A DNA stretch of 64,000 bases, taken from contig OZ024764.1 of assembly GCA_964016885.1 (NCBI GenBank), positions 28,768,001-28,832,000 of the forward strand, given 5' to 3'. The position numbers and the translations under genes were made by a program. Position 1 is the stretch's first letter, and each line of letters starts with the position of its first letter. Source of the DNA: Eledone cirrhosa. Taxonomy: Eukaryota. Positions 49,331-64,000 of this stretch are shown here, in pieces. The notes beneath the pieces are model-generated. The model did no database searches. It saw nothing but the letters and a program-made list of their open reading frames with translations, and was not told the origin of the DNA.

Positions 49331-52151
49331 AAATAGCTCTGTACAATACATAGAGCACTCTTCTTTTCTTTACCTTTTCTATGGAAATACAAGAACAAAC
49401 ATGTAAATATATATATATATGTATATACATAAACAAGACTGTTATTGCTCCAACCAGTCTATTTACCTTTGATAACTATCCTAAATATAAATACACCTAT
49501 ACCATACATACATATATCATATATGTTTTTGATGCCGTGGTATAGCAGAGATAAGCAAGAAGAGAAAAGAAAATGAAAAGGAGAAAAAAAAAGAAGTAAG
49601 AAGTCGGGGGAGGGACAAACACTTCACCCCAGTCTAAGTGGTCCCTCAGCCGCAACCTGTGGAAGAAACGTAAAAGCGTTACCTCGGAGCAAGGCCAGAG
49701 ACACCTGCTACAATAGTCGCCCCTCCTCATGAGGCTCCTGTCATCTTTCCTCCCGACTTTATGGAGGAAATCAGCAGTACAGGGACCAAGTATGGCAGAG
49801 GTCTCAATGGAGTGGAAGAGGTGAGTCAGGCCTTGGTACTATCTTACTATCCTCTGCATTGCGGGGTGTGGAGCCTAGGTTTGTGGCTGTAGCTATATTT
49901 GAACTTTTATATGAAATTTCAGTTTTATATTTTTCACATCATAAAACTTAATCTTAGTCTTTTGCAGCTCATCTTGTTTCATCTCGCAGCACACGATTTG
50001 GGAACCACTGCTCTAGAGATAGAAAAAGTATATTTTATGCAGGGCTTCCCTGAGACATAAAAACTATTTCAAGAGATCGACATGGGTAGAAAGGTTGAGA
50101 AATGCTGCACAATGTTCTTTGGTTTTTGTTCACCTTTAGATAATCATGTATAAAATATCGGGTGTGCAAGATTTCATGAAAAGGTATAACATTATTTATG
50201 CTGGTCTTGCAGGGACTAGCTCCAATTGAGAGTTGTACCAATTCCCACTAAACTCGAAACTCCTGGACAATATATACATATCTTTATAAGTTCCTGTGTA
50301 TTGTGTCGCTGTATAATGAAACATAAATATATACCATGCATGTCAGTCAGATTTGAACTCACTATATTTGGCGTTTTATAGACAGAATTTGTTTGTTAAA
50401 ACAATTGATTAAATAATAACTAAATAAAATTAATTCTACAATCCTGGATAGGGAATGAACTTATAACTTCATAATAGAAGCCATCTATTCGAGCAGTATT
50501 GCCATCTAAGCCACCAGGTTACTTACAGAACTTCATTCAAATATAAAATATAAAATATATGCCAGACATAGTGAGTTCGAATCTGACTGATTAGTTGGTC
50601 ATTGTCCCAGCCAACAGTTTAAATCGCCAACCAGTAGGTGACATCGACTAGGTTGGGAAAACTTGGTTAAGTAGCTCCAGTTATTGCTACGTTAGACATA
50701 TTCAAGACTTATCGACACCGAATGGAAGAAAGGTAAAGTTGAACTCAGAGTAAAGAACAGGAAAAATACTGCAAAGAATTCTATCTGATGTTCTAACAAT
50801 TCTACCAAATTACCTTATGTATATATATTTATATCTAGAGATAAGAAGAAAACTGAAAGAAAGAAAAAAAAAAATGAGACCTTATATGTAACCCATGACC
50901 AGGATTGAAACCGAAACCAGGACTACCACCATCTCTGGTATCACCCACCAGACCACCATGAAAGATACAAAAATCTGCTTTTTTAATATTTATAAGCCTA
51001 CTTTCAATATTAAAGTAATTAACATGTGGTGTTGTTCATGCCTTTCTCTATGTTATTGGTAAAAAATAAAGTATTTAAACCTCAAATTTTGTTATTCAAA
51101 TATGCTTGCTTATGTAATTATAAATGTCGCAGAATACACACACATATATAGATGTGAAAATATTCAGGACCCCAACGGCTGTGCTACTGCCGTTTCGACA
51201 TCTATATATATATATTTTTGTCCTAGGCTCTTTCAGCGCAGAAAGAATTCTCCAATGATCACAACCAGCTAATGGTGCCCAGTGGAAGCACTTTAGTCTA
51301 ATTGTAACCCCAACGATCACGATTAGCGGCGGCTTTTTCGAGTCTGAGGTTGACTGCCAGATATATATATATATATCTATATATATATATATATATTTTT
51401 ATACTTTGCTAGAATCCCGGAGAACAACAGAAAGATGCTGAGTTCAGAGTTTAAAAAACATGTCCCCTTTAATATAAAAACAATCCGAGTCTTGTAAAAG
51501 TGTTATTACTGTAATATAAAGTAGAAACCCTTTATTTAAACAAAGCTGCGATGCAGCGATCATCAAAGCAAACCCCAAAATGTAAACAAACTTCTCGCAG
51601 GTGCTGCCAGATACACGATAACATGTGTATACGAAGTGTAACAGGGAGTTGGGTCGTATTATATGACTTTCAAATTGACCCCTATTATATTCAAATTATC
51701 CCCTGTGGGGCGTGCACCCCACGTTGAGAATCCCTCATAAATAAATATATGTGAGTGTGTTGCTATGACTGCTATTTCTAGCAGGTTTACTGCAGTCCTG
51801 TAGACGCACAACAAAAACCGGAAGTGGCAGCCATTAAAAAACTTTGGCTTAAAATCAGCCAAAAGATTTTCAATAATAGTAAAATTTTATTTTTGACAAG
51901 GACGATAACTTTTGTCTTACTTAATCGCAAAAATCGAGGCAAAAATTTTGAGGGTGTGCAGTTTACACGCTAAAAATAAACCTGCTAGAAATAGCAGTCA
52001 TAGCAACTCACTTACATATATTTATATATCATATATATATATATATGATATATATATGGACACTTTAGAAATAGCAGCGAATAACAGAAAGGACACACAC
52101 ACACACACATATATATATATACACACACACACATATATATATATGCCCCAG

Positions 52152-52223
<72 letters not shown>

Positions 52224-55200
52224 TATATATATATGCCCCAGCATACACACACACACACACATATATATACATATATATATATATGCCCCAGCATGGTCTT
52301 GGACGATCGTCTAACTAAGACCAATAATAAAATACTTCAAAATAAATTAAACACCCCTAAATCCGGGGTTACAACTTGGATTACTTAAAAGTCAGTAAAG
52401 CTGTAAAGATTCTATATTGTAAATAGGTGGTCGCATGTTCGAATCCGGGCAAATCCCGAGAAAAATAACAAAAAGGACAATGTAAAAATAACAGCCATAG
52501 ACGAGAGGAGGACACACACATGTATATATATATATATGTGTGTCTGTGTATGTGTTTGGCTGCTATATATATATATAGCGGTCAACACACACACACGTAC
52601 ATATATAAGTGTGTGTGTTTGGCTGATATATATATATATATATATATATATGATATATAAATATATGTGAGTGGCTATGACTGCTATTTCTAGCAGGTTT
52701 ATTTTAGCGTGTTAACTGGACACCCGCAAAATTTTTGCCTCGATTTTTGCGATTAAGTAAGACAAAAGTTATCGTCCTTGTCAAAAATAAAATTTTACTA
52801 TTATTGAAAATCTTTTGGCTGATTTTAAGCCGAAGTTTTTTAATGGCTGCCACTTCCGGTTTTTGTTGTGCGTCTACAGGACAGCCAGAAACCTACTAGA
52901 AATAGCAGTCATAACAACACACTTATGTATATTTATATATCAGGGATTCTCAACGAAGGGTACACGCCCCACAGGGGGCAATTTGAATTTAATAGGGGCC
53001 AATTAGAAAGTGATATAATACGACCAAACTTCCAGTTACACTTTGTTCACATGTTATCGTGTATCTGGCAGCAGCTACGAGAAGTTTGTTTATATTTTGA
53101 AGTTTGTTTTGATCATCGCGGCATCGTAGCTTTGTTTAATTAAAGCATTTCTACTTTATATTACAGTAGTAACACTTTTACAAGACTCGGTTTATTTCTA
53201 TATTAAAGGGGAACATAAACCTAATTTTTAAACGTTGAGGTGGGGCATGGAGCAAAAAAGGTTTGGAACTACTGAAGACAACGAATCATCGTTTTTATTA
53301 ATGTAAACAAACTTCTCGCAGGTGCTGCCAGATACACGATAACATGTGTATACGAAGTGTAACAGGGAGTTGGGTCGTATTATATGACTTTCAAATTATC
53401 CCCTGTGGGGCTTGCACCCCACGTTGAGAATCCCTCATAAATAAATATATGTGAGTGTGTTGCTATGACTGCTATTTCTAGCAGGTTTACAAGATAACTC
53501 TTGTCTTACTTAATCGCAAAAATCGAGGCAAAAATTTTGCGGGTGTGCAGTTTGTTTGGTGTATTTGACTGCTATTTCTAGCATATATGGACACTTTAGA
53601 AATAGCAGCAAAACACGGGAAACATAAGAAAGAAGGTCACACACGTATATATATATATATAATTATGTATCTGTATATATATATACATATATACATATAT
53701 ATATGCACAGATATATACATTTAAATATATATATTTATATATACATACACGCGCGCACACACACCTATACGTAGATATGGGTGTGTGTAAAGCTGGTATA
53801 TATATATATGTATGGGTGAGTGTATAGCTGGTATATATATATATATATATATAGGTGTGTGTCCTTCTTTCTGCTGTTTTCCGTTTTTCGCTGCTATTTC
53901 TAAAGTGTCCATACATGCTAGAAATAGCAGTCAAATACACCAAACAAACTGCACACCCGCAAAATTTTTGCCTCGATTTTTGCGATTAAGTAAGACAAGA
54001 GTTATCTTTCTTGGCAAATTGTTAAAAAACTTTTGCCTGATTTTAAGCCAAAGTTTTTTAATGGCTGCCACTTCCGGTTTTTGTTGTGTGTCTACAGGAC
54101 TGCAGTAAACCTGCTAGAAATAGCAGTCATAGAAACACACTCACATATATTTATTTATGAGGGATTCTCAACGTGGGGTGCACGCCCCACAGGGGATAAT
54201 TTGAATATCCCCCTCTTTATATCAATTAGCACACACTCTCTCCCTCTCTATATCTACTACACGGCACTCTCTTCCAATACCCCTCTCTATATGAAGTAAC
54301 ACCAAACTCTCCCCCTCTCTATATATTAAGCACTAAGTCAGGAATTTTTTTCTTCTTTCGTGCAGAGAGAGTAAAGTTGATTAAATCTACTGCAGTGAAT
54401 TACTGGTATTTTATTTAATAAAAATTAAAATTTACTATTTGTCTTCGTTTAATTTTCGTTTTTCTTTACATAGTTTCGTTTCGTTAAATGTCTCCAGAAT
54501 TTGTTTTTACTTTTACCGGATATTGAAGGTGTAAACTTGGTGTTGTCTAGAAACGTGTTAGAAATATTTTTCTTTTAATTGTGACGAATTTAACCGCAAA
54601 GTAAGTTTTTTTTACTGTTTATTTGTGGCTGGGACAACGTATGGTATGTGTTAATGTAAATGGTGAAGGTTTAAAGATTCTTTTTACAACTGAAAATCAG
54701 TTTGTTGTTGCTGCTAATTACTTAACGCATGGAATAGATTTAAAAAATACACGATTGTTTCTCGGAAGAGAGGAAGAAGAAACAAATCACAGAAGCGTGT
54801 AGCACACACATTTGGGACCACATACAACACAAAAACAGGTAATCCACACATCTGGGACCACATACAACACACCAGCAGGTAATACATACATCTAGGACCA
54901 CATAAGCAGGTAATAACACATCTAGGACCACATACAACACACAAGCAGGTAATACACACATCTAGGACGACATACAACCAAAGGCAGGCGAAAGGGGTGG
55001 ACAAACGAGCTGCTACTAGATCAAAAGATAACAGTATCGCGAGGAGCACTGGGAAACCTCTCTAATGATTTTTTAGGCAAGCCAGCACGTCTGCAGCGTT
55101 ACCTCGGGCGATGGCGAGGCTGAGGAGCTGGAACAACCAAGTGCCCTCACGAGCTTCACCAGTCACCTTCGTCAGGCTAGCCGCCAGTGAAGATAGGAAT

Positions 55201-55423
55201 CTCGCAGTCAGTATCCCGACTCCCCCAAACGCCACAGGCTGGAAAATGTAGTTGGCCGACAGATCACATTATTACTTAACAGTGATAGATATTCTGTCTA
55301 AAGGAGGGGCGTACAACAGGCGGCCCGCGGGCCACAATCGAGCCCACCTGACCAGTCAGAGTGGCCCGCAATGACTGTTGTAGGCTTATTTAGAATTTTT
55401 TCCATACCCGTAATACTTCTGTT

Positions 55424-56066
55424 AGTTGACCTATACTAAAGGACTTCACTGATAGGGTTATATGTGTTATAGTTTCCCAGTTGACCTATACTAAAGGACT
55501 TCACTGATAGGGTTATATGTGTTATAGTTTCCCAGTTGACCTATACTAAAGGACTTCACTGATAGGGTTATATGTGTTATAATTTCCCAGTTGACCTATA
55601 CTAAAGGACTTCACTGATAGGGTTATATGTGTTATAGTTTCCCAGTTCACCTATACTAAAGGACTTCACTGATAGGGTTATATGTGTTATAGTTTCCCAG
55701 TTGACCTATACTAAAGGGCTTCACTGATAGAGTTATATGTGTTATAGTTTCCCAGAGGGCTTCACTGATAGGGTTATATGTGTTATAGTTTCCCAGTTGA
55801 CCTATACTAAAGGACTTCACTGATAGGGTTATATGTGTTATAGTTTCCCAGTTGACCTATACTAAAGGACTTCACTGATAGGGTTATATGTGTTATAGTT
55901 TCCCAGTTGACCTATACTAAAGGACTTCACTGATAGGGTTATATGTGTTATAGTTTCCCAGTTGACCTATACTAAAGGACTTCACTGATAGGGTTATATG
56001 TGTTATAGTTTCCCAGTTGACCTATACTAAAGGGCTTCACTGATAGAGTTATATGTGTTATAGTTT
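55424..56066. repeat. 55-bp minisatellite, 12 units (one truncated)
   Basis: Same unit as 9291-9768. Confidence 0.95.
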
Positions 56067-56638
56067 GAAACAAACTACCCGCGTCAGTTATTATACTTTT
56101 ATAACACCGCTATATTACCTACATGAAAGAGGTAAATATTTATTTCTCTTGTCTTCTTAAATGTATAGAACATTTTTATTATATATATTCTTAACATAGC
56201 TAGGACCGTTTATTATTTACTAGTCTCTACTCCTAGGACTTTGCTGGTCTCATGTCCCCTCCATCAACACACACTCGGTAGAAAGCTGGTCGTCGGAGGT
56301 AAAGTGGCCCTGATTACAGGTCTAGTATTGAAGCCTTTCGGCTTGAGCCTTGCTGATGCCGACAGAGTTCCTGTGGTAGTTTTGGTAGCACAGGTGACAT
56401 TTTATTGTGTTTAGGTACCGGCTAGTGCGGACACAGAGAGCACAACCAGGTGGTGAGCTGGCAACGACCAAGTGTAGAGGGCCAGCTTTGAAATTCGAGC
56501 GACGGAGTGAACTAGTAAAAGAGGCAGGGTAAGCAGCATTGGTTCTAACAGTGGGACTAGAACGGAGGTTGGGTGATGCTGGGGGTGGGCTAACAGCTAA
56601 CAGTTGTAGGAGTGGTGGGGGTTTGCTAGAATTAATTT

Positions 56639-58993
56639 TTACATCTGTCTGTGAACTCTTGAAAAAGCAACATACAATTGTCCAGGGTTAAATACTTGCT
56701 CAGGGAGGAACAGACCCACTTTATCATGTATTTGACCATGGTTCTTGTTGATTGTCATGGCATATGACAGTCTTAATGGAAACTGGGGTCTTTCCAAAGT
56801 AAAAAGGATGTTGGCACCACTGGGGGCTAACTTCAGTCTTGGGATCAAAACACACCTGCCCATCAAAGGACCATAGATATGAGAAGCTTTGATAAAATGT
56901 TTATGCAGTTCTACTACTTCTAATCTTGTGCCATTACATAATCTGTTCTGGATTGAAATATTCCATAGAAGCATTATTATTGATCCTGCTTTTAATTGGA
57001 GTTTGTGAGGCGGCATCCCAGAAGGTGTAAGCAAGTTCATTTAGCTTGAACCAGGCAGCAAGGGTCCCTGCATTTCTACCACAACCTGAGCATTGCCTCT
57101 TTGAAAGTAAACTCTGTTTGTTCTCCAGGTGTGTGGCTAGGCTGTATAATGTATGTGATGTACCATGAAGCTTAAATTCGGACAGACACGACACTGCTTC
57201 TGGCTGAGACACATACCTGCAACAAAGATAGGTTCTTATTTCATCATGGTTGTGTTGGTTCTGAGCCTCATTAGGTAATGCATTATTCGTTACTTCTATA
57301 GATGTACAATCATGCCCCATGTAACATATTTAAAGAGGTACTTGACACTTTTTACAGAAGCGCAAACTTCAACATTAATATGTGCACAATATTTCTTAAT
57401 CAAAAAGGCATTAAATGGCACAACATTCCTGTTATCTACTGAATGTCATCCAATTTACACTGCAGTTCCTGTCTTGCACCTCCTGTACTCTGGGTATCCA
57501 TTTAGGTTCAATAATGTTTCCCTTCTGTAGGTTTTTGGATAGTTCTTTTGGAAAAATCCATTTTGTATAAATGGGGGAAAAGGGTTTCCAGAACCACATG
57601 GCCCGTGTATCATAAACTTTTAAACCTGCTCATGTAGTACTTGATCATCTTCCAATGCAGGTATTTCTGCTGACACGATTCTGTCAATGTCTTCTCTGTT
57701 TCTTATCTTGTCTTCATTTCTTAAGGCTCAGTGTTATCATCTGTTTAGATAATTCATTAAACCATTATACTCATCCACTCACAATTGGGCTTGATTGTTC
57801 CTCAAATATTGAAGCCTGCATCCCCCTACTTTCATATAGGCTTACACTAAATACTGCTAAAATAATTTACCTGCCCTATATATCGCACTAAATCCTCCTC
57901 TATATGCTATACTGTATATGTAATACTCCTGCATTGTCAGTCTATTGCAAACACAGGTCCTGCATTCCTCTCCATGTCACTATGCCACCAAAATTCACCA
58001 TTATGGGTTGGTCATGAGGTCCAAGTGGCATGAATTATGTGATATTTTCTGAGGAGGATGGTCTTTAGGAAAGATGATAATATCTCTTTGTACAGGTGGT
58101 CTGCCCTCAATCCCCCACAAAACAACAGCTATCATTACTAGTTGGTAAATTAGAGCAGCTCATACCTGATCCTCTTCTAAATCTTAATTTACAGTTCTGT
58201 ACACAACAATTTTCTCTTCTTGCACTTTGCTGTTTGATGCCATGCATTGTATTGTACACTTCGACATATGGATTACATCACGCAACACCTCTCTTATCAT
58301 AGCCATTTTTTGTGGTGAGCACTCATTATTTTTTGGTACTAGGGCGGTGGATTGGCAGTATCGGTAGAGCGTCAGACACCATGCTTTGCAGCATAGGGTT
58401 ATGGCCCTTTACGTTCTGGGTTCAAATCCCTCCAAGGTTGACTTTGTTTTCATCCTTATGAGGTCGATAGAATAAAGTACCAGTAATTGCTGGCCTTGTG
58501 CCAGAAACAATTATTTGGTCGTACTTCCAATCTGTGCTACACACCTTCGTTCCCATCAATAATATATAACTGGCCATATTGTGGTGTATTTTCTGCAGGT
58601 TACAGAGATGGGGGTGTAGTGATATGTTTGACCCTGAATATGAAAGCTATACGGGCCTCTGCCGGGTGGTAACACCAAATGAAGTGAAATAAATGTAGTT
58701 TTAATTGCAGACGTTTCTGTGAAATCAACTGCTTCCTGGCCTCTTTCAAAGAGATTTCTCAGTCTCTCGGGGTATATTTGCAATGGAGGCAACACAACCT
58801 TTCCTTTATTACAACAGTTACAATTTTCATTTCTAAATTTCAAAGCTTCACAGTGATCACACGAAACATTCATATCACTAATATGAAATTCTTCTAGATT
58901 TCCATTAATATTAATTGTTGGCCAATTTCTCTTACGACGCTCATTATCCATTCTTCTCTGTCTGAATGTTTTCCATTCTAAGTCTATTTGCAT
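56639..58993 (-). mobile_element. Helitron RepHel pseudogene copy H3
   Basis: LTPSGMPPHKLQLKAGSIIMLLWN...GQLYVAFSRV; collinear with H1 (offset 46299). Confidence 0.95.
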
Positions 58994-59098
58994 GGAATAA
59001 TTATATTCTGTTGTTTATTATGTAATTAAACAGCTCTGTACAATACATAGAGCATTCTTCTTTTCTTTGCCTTTTCTATAGAAATACAAGAACAAACA

Positions 59099-59131
<33 letters not shown>

Positions 59132-59170
59132 GTGTGTATATACATAAACAAGACTGTTATTACTCCAACC

Positions 59171-62100
59171 AGATGAAACTCTGTCATGTAATGTTATGGA
59201 CATATCTGCCCCTGTGGCTAATAATTCTGTCATGTAATGTTATGGACATCTCTGCCCCTGTGGCTAATAATTCTGTCATGTTATGTTATGGACATCTCTG
59301 CCCCTGTGGTTAATAATTCTGACATGTAATGTTATGGACATCTCTGCCCTGTGGCTAATAATTCTGACATGTAATGTTATGGACATCTCTGCCCCTGTGG
59401 CTAATAATTCTGAGAGAGATGAAACACGTGGGGGATTAGAGAGAGATAAAACAAGTGAGGGATTAGAGTGTTGAAACAAGAGAGAGAGAGGAAGAGAGAG
59501 AGAGAGCGAGATGAAATGAGACAGGGAGAGCGAGATGAAACGCGAGAGTGAGAGAAGCGAGATGAAACGAGAGAGTGAGAGCGAGATGAAACGAGAGAGA
59601 GAGAGAGCGAGATGAAACGAGACAGAGAGAGCGAGATGTAATGAGAGAGAGAGAGAGCGGGATGGAACGAGACAGAGAGGAAACGAGAGAGAGAGGAAAC
59701 GAGAGTGAGGAAACGAGAGTAGAGAGCGAGATGAAACAGGAGAGAGAGAGCGAGATGAAACGAGAGGGAGAGAGAGATGAAACGAGGGAGATAGAGATGA
59801 AACGAGAGAGAGGAAGAGAGAGATGGAACGAGAGAGAGGAAGACAGAGATGAAACGAGAGAGAGAGAGAGATGAAACGAGAGAGAGAGAGCGCGAGATGA
59901 AACGAGAGAGAGAGAGCGCGAGATGAAACGACAGAGAGAGAGACAGATGAAAGGAGGGAGATAGAGATGAAACGAGAGAGAGGAAGAGAGAGATGGAACG
60001 AGCGAGAGGAAGAGAGAGATGGAACGAGAGAGAGGAAGACAGAGATGAAACGAGAGAGAGGAAGAGAGAGAGCGCCAGATGAAACTCTGTCATGTAATGT
60101 TATGGACATATCTGCCCTTGGGGCTAATAATTGTCATGTAATGTTATGGACATCTCTGCCCCTGTGGCTAATAATTCTGTCATGTAATGTTATGGACATC
60201 TCTGCCCCTGTGGCTAATAATTCTTTCATGTAATGTTATGGACATCTCGGCCCCTGTGGCTAATAATTCTGACATGTAATGTTATGGACATCTCTGCCCC
60301 TGTGGCTAATAATTCTGACATGTAATGTTATGGACATCTCTGCCCTGTGTCTAATAATTCTGACATGTAATGTTATGGACATCTCTGCCCCTGTGGCTAA
60401 TAATTCTGTCATGTAATGTTATGGACATCTCTGCCCCTGTGGCTAATAATTCTGACATGTAATGTTATGGACATCTCTGCCCTGTGGCTAATAATTCTGA
60501 CATGTAATGTTATGGACATCTCTGCCCCTGTGGCTAATAATTCTGAGAGAGATGAAACAAGTGAGGGATTAGAGAGAGATAAAACAAGTGAGGGATTAGA
60601 GTGTTGAAACAAGAGAGAGAGAGGAAGAGAGAGAGAGAGCGAGATGAAATGAGACAGGGAGAGCGAGATGAAACACGAGAGTGAGAGAAGCGAGATGAAA
60701 CGAGAGAGTGAGAGCGAGATGAAACGAGAGAGAGAGAGAGCGAGATGAAACGAGACAGAGAGAGCGAGATGTAATGAGAGAGAGAGAGAGCGGGATGGAA
60801 CGAGACAGAGAGGAAACGAGAGAGAGGAAACGAGAGTAGAGAGCGAGATGAAACGAGAGGGAGAGAGAGATGAAACGAGAGAGCGAGAGACAGATGAAAC
60901 GAGGGAGATAGAGATGAAACGAGAGAGAGAAAGAGAGAGAGAGCGCGAGATGAAACGAGAGAGAGAGAGCGCGAGATGAAACGACAGAGAGAGAGACAGA
61001 TGAAAGGAGGGAGATAGAGATGAAACGAGAGAGATGAAGATAGAGATGGAACGAGAGAGAGCAAGAGAGAGATAGAACGAGAGAGAGGAAGACAGAGATG
61101 AAACGAGAGAGAGAGAGAGCGAGATGAAACTCTGTCATGTAATGTTATGGACATCTCTGCCCCTGTGGCTAATGATTCTGACATGTAATGTTATGGACAT
61201 CTCTGCCCCTGTGGCTAATAATTCTGACATGTAATGTTATGGTCATCTCTGCCCCTGTGGCTAATAATTCTGAGAGAGATGAAACAAGTGAGGGATTAGA
61301 GTGTTGAAACAAGAGAGAGAGAGCGAGATGAAATGAGAGAGTGTGAGCGAGATGAAACGAGACAGGGAGAGTGAGATGAAACGAGAGAGTGAGAGCGAGA
61401 TGAAACGAGAGAGTGAGAGCGAGATGAAACGAGAGAGAGAGAGCGAGATGAAATGAGAGAGAGAGAGCGAGATGAAATGAGAGAGAGAGAGCGAGAAGAA
61501 ACGAGACAGAGAGAGAACGAGATGAAACGAGAGAGTGAGAGCGAGATGAAACGAGAGAGAGAGAGAGCGAGATGAAACGGGAGGGAGAGAGAGATGAAAC
61601 GAGAGAGAGTGGAAACGAGAGTAGAGAGCGAGATGAAACAGGAGAGAGAGAGAGCGAGATGAAACAGAAGAGAGAGAGCGAGATGAAACGAGAGGGAGAG
61701 AGAGATGAAACGAGAGAGCGAGAGAGAGATGAAACGAGGGAGATAGAGATGAAACGAGAGAGAGGAAGAGAGAGATGGAAAGAGAGAGAGGAAGAGAGAG
61801 ATGAAATGAGAGAGAGAGAGCGCGAGATGAAACGAGAGAGAGAGAGCGCGAGATGAAATGACAGAGAGAGAGACAGATGAAACGAGAGAGAGGAAGAGAG
61901 AGATGGAACGAGAGAGAGGAAGAGAGAGATGGAACGAGAGAGAGGAAGACAGAGATGAAACGAGAGAGAGAGAGAGCGAGAGGAAACGAGAGAGAGAGAG
62001 CGCGAGATGAAACCCTGTCATGTAATGTTATTGACATATCTGCCCCTGTGGCTAATAATTGTCATGTAATGTTATGGTCATCTCTGCCCCTGTGGCTAAT

Positions 62101-64000
62101 AATTCTGTCATGTAATGTTATGGACATCTCTGCCCCTGTGGCTAATAATTCTGAGAGAGATGAAACGAGTGAGGGATTAGAGTGTTGAAAGAAGAAAGAG
62201 AGAGCGAGATGAAATGAGAGAGTGTGAGCGAGATGAAACGAGACAAGGAGAGCGAGATGAAACGAGAGAGTGAGAGCGAGATGAAACGAGAGAGTGAGAG
62301 CGAGATGAAACGAGAGAGAGAGAGCGAGATGAAATGAGAGAGAGAGAGCGAGATGAAATGAGAGAGAGAGAGCGAGATGAAACGAGACAGAGAGAGAGCG
62401 AGATGAAACGAGAGAGTGAGAGCGAGATGAAACGAGAGAGAGAGAGCGAGATGAAACAGGAGGGAGAGAGAGAGGAAACGAGAGTAGAGAGCGAGATGAA
62501 ACAGGAGAGAGAGAGAGCGAAATGAAACAGGAGAGAGAGAGCGAGATGAAACGAGAGGGAGAGAGAGATAGAGGGAGCTGAAACGACAGAGAGAGAGACA
62601 GATGAAACGAGAGAGAGAGAGATAGAGATGAAACGAGAGAGAGAGATGAAATGAGAGAGAGGAAGAGTGAGATGGAACGAGAGAGAGGAGGAGAGAGATG
62701 GAAGACAGAGGTGAAACGAGAGGGAGAGAGAGCGAGATGAAACGAGAGAGAGGAAGAGAGAGAGCGCGAGATGAAACGAGAGAGAGAGAGCACGAGATGA
62801 AACTCTGTCATGTAATGTTATGGACATATCTGCCCTTGGGGCTAATAATTGTCATGTAACGTTATGGACATCTCTGCCCCTGTGGCTAATAACTCTGACA
62901 TGTAATGTTATGGACATCTCTGCCCCTGTGGCTAATAATTCTGAGAGAGATGAAACAAGTGAGGGATTAGAGAGAGATAAAACAAGTGAGGGATTAGGGT
63001 GTTGAAACAAGAGAGAGGAAGAGAGAGAGAGAGCGAGATGAAATGAGACAGGGAGAGCGAGATGAAACGCAATAGTGAGAGAAGCGAGATGAAACGAGAG
63101 AGTGAGAGCGAGATGAAACGAGAGCGAGAGAGAGCGAGATGAAACGAGACAGAGAGAGCGAGATGTAATGAGAGAGAGAGAGAGCGGGATGGAACGAGAC
63201 AGAGAGGAAACGAGAGAGAGGAAACGAGAGTAGAGAGCGAGATGAAACGAGAGGGAGAGAGAGATGAAACGAGAGAGCGAGAGAGAGATGAAACGAGGGA
63301 GATAGAGATGAAACGAGAGAGAGGAAGAGAGAGATGGAACGAGAAAGAGGAAGAGAGAGATGGAACGAGAGAGAGGAAGACAGAGATGAAACGAGAGAGA
63401 GAGAGAGAGCGAGATGAAACGAGACAGAGAGAGCGCGAGATGAAACGAGACAGAGAGAGCACGAGATGAAACGACAGAGAGAGAGACAGATTGAAGGAGG
63501 GAGATACAGATAAAACGAGACAGAGAGGAAACGAGAGAGAGGAAACGAGAGTAGAGAGCGAGATGAAACGAGAGGGAGAGAGAGATGAAACGAGAGAGCG
63601 AGAGAGAGATGAAACGAGGGAGATAGAGATGAAACGAGAGAGAGGATGAGAGAGATGGAACGAGAGAGAGGAATAGAGAGATGGAACGAGAGAGAGGAAT
63701 ACAGAGATGAAACGAGAGAGAGAGAGAGAGCAAGATGAAACGAGAGAGAGAGAGCGCAAGATGAAACGAGAGAGAGAGAGCGCGAGATGAAACTCTATCA
63801 TGTAATGTTATTGATATATCTGCCCCTGTGGCTAATAATTGTCATGTAATGTGATGGTCATCTCTGCCCCTGTGGCTAATAATTCTGTCATGTAATATTA
63901 TGGACGTCTCCGCCCCTGTGACTAATAATTCTGACATGTAATGTTATGGACATCTCTGCCCTGTGGCTAATAATTCTGACATGTAATGTTATGGACATCT
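59171..64000. repeat. Composite 46-bp/GA satellite, second array (GA on + strand), running off the window
   Basis: Same monomer and linkers; ~62100-64000 resembles ~23800-25300. Confidence 0.95.

Larger units (their letters stand above)
48566..59170. repeat. Second long copy of the TE-mosaic module (paralogous to ~1-12870)
   Basis: 49255-52900 matches 1-1645 plus 4268-6260; 54208-59170 matches 8129-12870. Confidence 0.95.

Noticed and set aside
56639-57040. Functional host PIF1 helicase gene
   Set aside because: Only the C-terminal motifs are present, they are degenerate, and they are fused to Helitron Rep remnants.

Overview
Eukaryotic, AT-rich repeat DNA in which I can support no intact host gene. 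The SINE heads, RTE tail and MITE ends resemble octopus/cephalopod repeats (recalled, not searched). The window has two components. (1) A transposon-debris mosaic occurs in several near-identical but reshuffled copies (about 1-13 kb, 19.2-23 kb and 48.6-59.2 kb). It contains an internally deleted Helitron RepHel pseudogene with a nested tRNA-SINE, a decayed PHD-finger ORF, three different 3' ends of RLE-type (CRE-like) non-LTR retrotransposons, hAT, piggyBac-like and CAGT-ended MITEs, and 40-, 55- and 89-bp minisatellites. A single 5'-truncated RTE LINE lies at 15.5-17.7 kb. (2) A composite satellite alternates runs of a 46-bp monomer with long (GA)-rich blocks built on GAGATGAAAC. It fills 23035-47696 as two large opposed arms, each with its own higher-order period, and restarts at 59171. 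Notable structures are a three-level palindrome with a perfect 30-bp fold-back at a duplication junction (1643-2411), a series of microhomology-flanked deletions between copies, and a cryptic PHD finger collinear with an RLE fragment. The long S/L/R/E-rich ORFs are microsatellite artefacts.
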